NCBI GenBank assembly: GCA_029856155.1
Contig: JAHQWL010000009.1
Coordinates: 1-11,667, forward strand
Origin: Promethearchaeia archaeon
GTDB lineage: Archaea; Asgardarchaeota; Lokiarchaeia; Sigyniarchaeales; SOKP01
DNA: 11,667 bases
Direction of reading: 5' to 3'
Below are positions 8,375-11,667 of this stretch, in pieces (the stretch's first letter is position 1; every line of letters starts with the position of its first letter). The position numbers and the translations under genes are program-made. The notes under the pieces are model-generated. The model ran no database searches. It saw only the letters and a program-made list of their open reading frames with translations, and had not been told where the DNA came from.

Positions 8375-8830
8375 TTAATCCTCAAACACAGCCATTGTAC
8401 TTTTGCTCTCTCCTACTCTAACTAGAATCTTTTTATTTTTATATATTTCTTTCATTTTATCATGAATATATTTTGCTAAAAGTTCACTTGTCGTAGCGGG
8501 TAAGGGTAAAAAGAAAATATCCTCTCGGGGGAAAACGTATCGTTTCTTAGATGTCATTACTTCCACAGAATCTTTCTCTTCTCTTATTTCCAATTCATCT
8601 GATTCTGTTGGTATTAAAACATAATGATCCATTGGTTTTACTATAGATCTTAAATTTTCCTTTAGATGAGTAAAATCTACGACAAAATGATTCTCATCAA
8701 GATTATCGCTTATTTCAACATAAACATAATAATTATGACCATGAAGCCTTGTGCACTGAAGAGGGTGTTTTAAGAAGTGACTAGCACTAAATTTAATGTC
8801 AGTTGATTCGACTATTACTTTAAATCCCAT
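8375..8830 (-). CDS. queD: 6-carboxy-5,6,7,8-tetrahydropterin synthase (QueD / PTPS family)
   Basis: Motifs 'FSASHFL', QueD-type CxxxHGH ('CTRLHGHNY'), 'VVDF', 'DH', 'TTSELLA' and a C-terminal Glu 'VGES'. Adjacent to a QueC domain. GGGGG lies upstream of the ATG. Confidence 0.9.
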   Translation of the reverse strand: MGFKVIVESTDIKFSASHFLKHPLQCTRLHGHNYYVYVEISDNLDENHFVVDFTHLKENLRSIVKPMDHYVLIPTESDELEIREEKDSVEVMTSKKRYVFPREDIFFLPLPATTSELLAKYIHDKMKEIYKNKKILVRVGESKSTMAVFED

Positions 8831-9052
8831 AAAAAGAATTCCCCCATTGTTTTTTTATTGGTTTGATTTTTTTGTAATGAATTAGACCTTTGGTATTTTT
8901 ATATTTTATGTTTAGAAACAATAAATATTGTGAGGAGTTTTCATAAAAACTAGATACATTAAATCAGTAAGATAACTTCAATAAAAAATAAACCATATTT
9001 TAAAATAGCTATAAGTTTTACTATTTACAATAAATTTAAAGATGCTCATACA

Positions 9053-10623
9053 ATGGAATACAGAAAATTAGCGATTACTGGAGCCAATGGATATTTAGGG
9101 AAACATACAATAAAGGCAGCGATCCAAAAAGGATGGCAAGTAGTGGGGGTTGTACGACGAGATGATGCGGCTAAAGAAGTGGAATCTTGGGAGCTAAAGC
9201 AGTAATTGTTAAAGATTTCAATCTTGATTCGTTAAAAAATGCTTTTGCAGGTTGTAAAGCAGTCCTACATTTTAGAGGCGTAGTTTGCGGGGCTAAAGAA
9301 CTTTTCGAAAAGGTCAATATTGATGGAATGCGCATTTTAACTGAAGCTGCTCTTGAAACAAAAGTATCTAGAATAATATTTCCTTCAGGTTTGGGAGTTG
9401 ATCGATATGGGGAAGAAGAATGGGCTAATGATGCATATTTCTATTCAAAGAATAAAGCTGAACAAATACTTAAAAATGGAAATGTTCCCTATATAATTTT
9501 TAGACCCTCTTATATCTTAGGACCTAATGATGAATTAATCCCAGAAATGATAGACCAAATTGGGAATGGAATTGTTCAAGTTGCTGGAAATGGTACAATC
9601 CCAATGCAACCTATATATGTTAAAGATGCAATCCATGCTTTTTTAGCTGCGGCTGATGGTGCAGGAGATAATAATCAAATTTTTGATCTCGTCGGACCTC
9701 AAGTCATAACTATGCTTGAATTAATCGATATGGTTGTTCAAAATATGACTGATTTAGGTTTTAATATTCCTCATCCTCGCATAAATACAATAACATTTGA
9801 AGATGCTCCAGAACAACTAGGGATTTGCAAAGAAATGGTTGATGTTATGAAGTGTGATATTACTTCAAATGGTGATATTGCAGCTAAAGCGTTAGGTTAT
9901 AAATTATCAGATCTGGATGAAGCTATAAAAGCAGCAATAGTAGCAAAGATGTTTCCAGATATCAAAGAAAAAGGAGAAAAAGCTATTATTCTATTATCTG
10001 GTGGGATTGACTCTGCAGTTGCTCTCTACTGGGCAAATAATAAAGGTTATGATATAACTCCTATTTCATTTAATTACAATTTCCGACCAGAAAATGAAAA
10101 AAAAGCAGCTTTAAAATTAGCAGAAAGTCTAGATCTAAATCTAATTGAAATCAATATCCCATTTTTAAAAGAATCAATAGATTTGCGCATAGAGGGCCTT
10201 CCTATACCGAGTGCTATTCACGCTCCAGAGGGATTTATACCTTCTCGAAACCTTATTTTCTACTCTATTGCAGCATACTATGCTGATGCTTTTAGTTGTA
10301 ATGTTATAATAGGTGGGCATATATCCGCTGACTCACAAAATTTCCTTGATGCAACACCAGAATTTTTTAATTCTCTTGAGGGACTTATTAATAAGGGAAA
10401 ACACAGTAAAGATAAAACTACAATAAAATTATTATTTCCTTTAGCAAAAAAGACTAAATTAGATGTAGTAAAATTAGCTAATAAATTAAAGGTTCCTTTA
10501 GAATGGACTTGGAGCTGTTATAGTGATGGAGATCAACCATGCGGGACGTGTAGTTCTTGTCGCAAAAGAAGAGAAACCTTTAATAACCTAAGCTATTCTG
10601 ATCCAAAATTTTCTTTACGATAA
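9053..10623 (+). CDS. queC: Fusion of an atypical/extended SDR (NAD(P)-binding, NDUFA9-like) with 7-cyano-7-deazaguanine synthase QueC; interrupted by a one-base frameshift near 9185-9189; 523 aa if corrected
   Basis: 9053-9205 encodes MEYRKLAITGANGYLGKHTIKAAIQKGWQVVGVVRRDDAAKEVES(WELKQ*), carrying TGxxGxxG. ORF 9187-10623 continues with SDR motifs 'YFYSK' (YxxxK) and 'FRPSYILGPND', then QueC motifs 'LLSGGIDS' (SGGIDS at 9997-10014), 'IPSRN' and 'TWSCY-x6-PCGTCSSC'. Confidence 0.88.
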
Positions 10624-10713
10624 TTTCTTTATATTTTTTGAAGGTAAGTTATTAAAACCAAAAAAATTATGATAAATTATAGATTTTCAATAATGGAAAC
10701 ATAATCGAATTAT

Positions 10714-11370
10714 ATGATTAACTCTGAAGAAGTAACTTCAAAGGAGGCAGAGCAAAACATAATTGTAATTTGCCCTACCTGCAACACAAAAAAAGAATTA
10801 AAAATACCCACAAAAATAATTAATCAAGCTAAACAATTAACTACTGTTTCTATACCTTCGGGGACCGTATGTGAACATGGGTTTCAATCTTTTGTAGACA
10901 AAAACTTTAAAGTTCGTGGATATCAAAAAGTAGATTTTGAATTTTCTCATATGGAATTTTTTGAGGGTAGTGGTACTGATTTAGCAGATACAGATGATCC
11001 TACTGCCACACTAAGTTCACAGCAATTGTTTCAAGATATTATAAGTCTATTAAGAAGTTATGTTGATGATAAAGAAATTCTTGGAAGTGGAATGTTTACT
11101 GTAGAAGGGCATGTAGTTTATTCTTCACTTCCTAGTAACACATTATTTTCGATAATAAAAGAATTCGAAGTGAGGAGTGAGAAAAAATTAAGTAACTTAA
11201 AGAAAATGTATCTTGAATTAGAGAATAATCAAAAAATTTGCGCTAGTTATGTTGAAATAAAAGATATACGATTCGCACTAGTGTTGTTCTTTTCCCATAT
11301 TGTAAAATTAGGTATGGGAAATCTTTATCTTAACGATCTGGTAAAAAAAATAAGGGTTTTAGAAAGTTAA
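10714..11370 (+). CDS. Zn-ribbon protein with a C-terminal Roadblock/LAMTOR/MglB-like domain
   Basis: N-terminal 'CPTC...CEH.F..FVDKNFKVRGYQ', an acidic linker, and a C-terminal ~120 aa with 'ILGSGMFTVEGHVVYSSL' and 'VKLGMGNLYLNDLVKKI', matching the Roadblock alpha/beta pattern. Confidence 0.65.
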   Translation: MINSEEVTSKEAEQNIIVICPTCNTKKELKIPTKIINQAKQLTTVSIPSGTVCEHGFQSFVDKNFKVRGYQKVDFEFSHMEFFEGSGTDLADTDDPTATLSSQQLFQDIISLLRSYVDDKEILGSGMFTVEGHVVYSSLPSNTLFSIIKEFEVRSEKKLSNLKKMYLELENNQKICASYVEIKDIRFALVLFFSHIVKLGMGNLYLNDLVKKIRVLES

Positions 11371-11476
11371 ATCATTTTTATATAATTCTCTTTATCAATT
11401 CTTTATAAATAGTTATAAATATGGCTATAATTATGTGTTTTATAGGAATACAAATTTAAACATTCAAAACTAGAAA

Positions 11477-11667
11477 ATGGACATCCATAAGATAAAAATG
11501 AAAATGCTCCAAGATTTAAAGGAGCAAATTCCAGAACTTACAACTGATCAAATTCAAATTTCAGAACTGCCTAGTAAAAAAAATTCTGTAATTAATTTAA
11601 AGTTTGATAAAAAGCCCTCTAAATTACCACAAGAAGTCATAGTTAAAATTTTTAGAACTGAAAATAT
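11477..11667 (+). CDS. 3'-truncated protein, possibly the N-lobe of an APH/kinase-like phosphotransferase
   Basis: Open from ATG 11477 to the window end: MDIHKIKMKMLQDLKEQIPELTTDQIQISELPSKKNSVINLKFDKKPSKLPQEVIVKIFRTEN. 'SKKNSV' and 'VIVKIF' resemble kinase beta2/beta3 strands with the catalytic Lys. Confidence 0.5.
   Translation, partial: MDIHKIKMKMLQDLKEQIPELTTDQIQISELPSKKNSVINLKFDKKPSKLPQEVIVKIFRTEN

Noticed and set aside
7319-9035. Identical 13-mer ATTTACAATAAAT at 7319-7331 and 9023-9035
   Set aside because: Nearly all A/T and in very AT-rich spacers, so one such match is plausible by chance.
9949-10623. QueC domain as part of a defence system (QatC, CBASS Cap9, Dpd)
   Set aside because: No qatA/B/D, CD-NTase, TGT/dpdA or nuclease genes are nearby. 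The compact QueC next to queD fits preQ0 biosynthesis better.

Overview
Strongly AT-rich, gene-dense archaeal-looking DNA, most likely Asgard/Lokiarchaeia. This is an inference from GGTGA Shine-Dalgarno motifs, TATA-like boxes, a DUF166 gene and a Zn-ribbon + Roadblock-like protein. Gene order: 5'-truncated DUF1847 metal-binding protein (+), two-TM membrane protein (-), wHTH-TPR protein and overlapping GNAT acetyltransferase (+), aldo/keto reductase (-), P1B-2 Zn/Cd ATPase with an unusual Cys/His-rich C-terminal tail (-), DUF166 protein (-), queD (-), then a divergently transcribed atypical-SDR/QueC fusion (+), a Zn-ribbon/Roadblock-like protein (+) and a 3'-truncated possible phosphotransferase (+). 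The most notable element is the 7-deazaguanine locus: DUF166-queD head-to-head with an SDR-QueC fusion. Its Rossmann N-terminus (9053-9187, missed by the ORF track) lies in another frame, separated by a one-base frameshift. Several genes appear to start at non-AUG codons behind SD motifs (ATT at 7175, possibly GTA at 1533). I found no RNA genes, CRISPR arrays or mobile elements.
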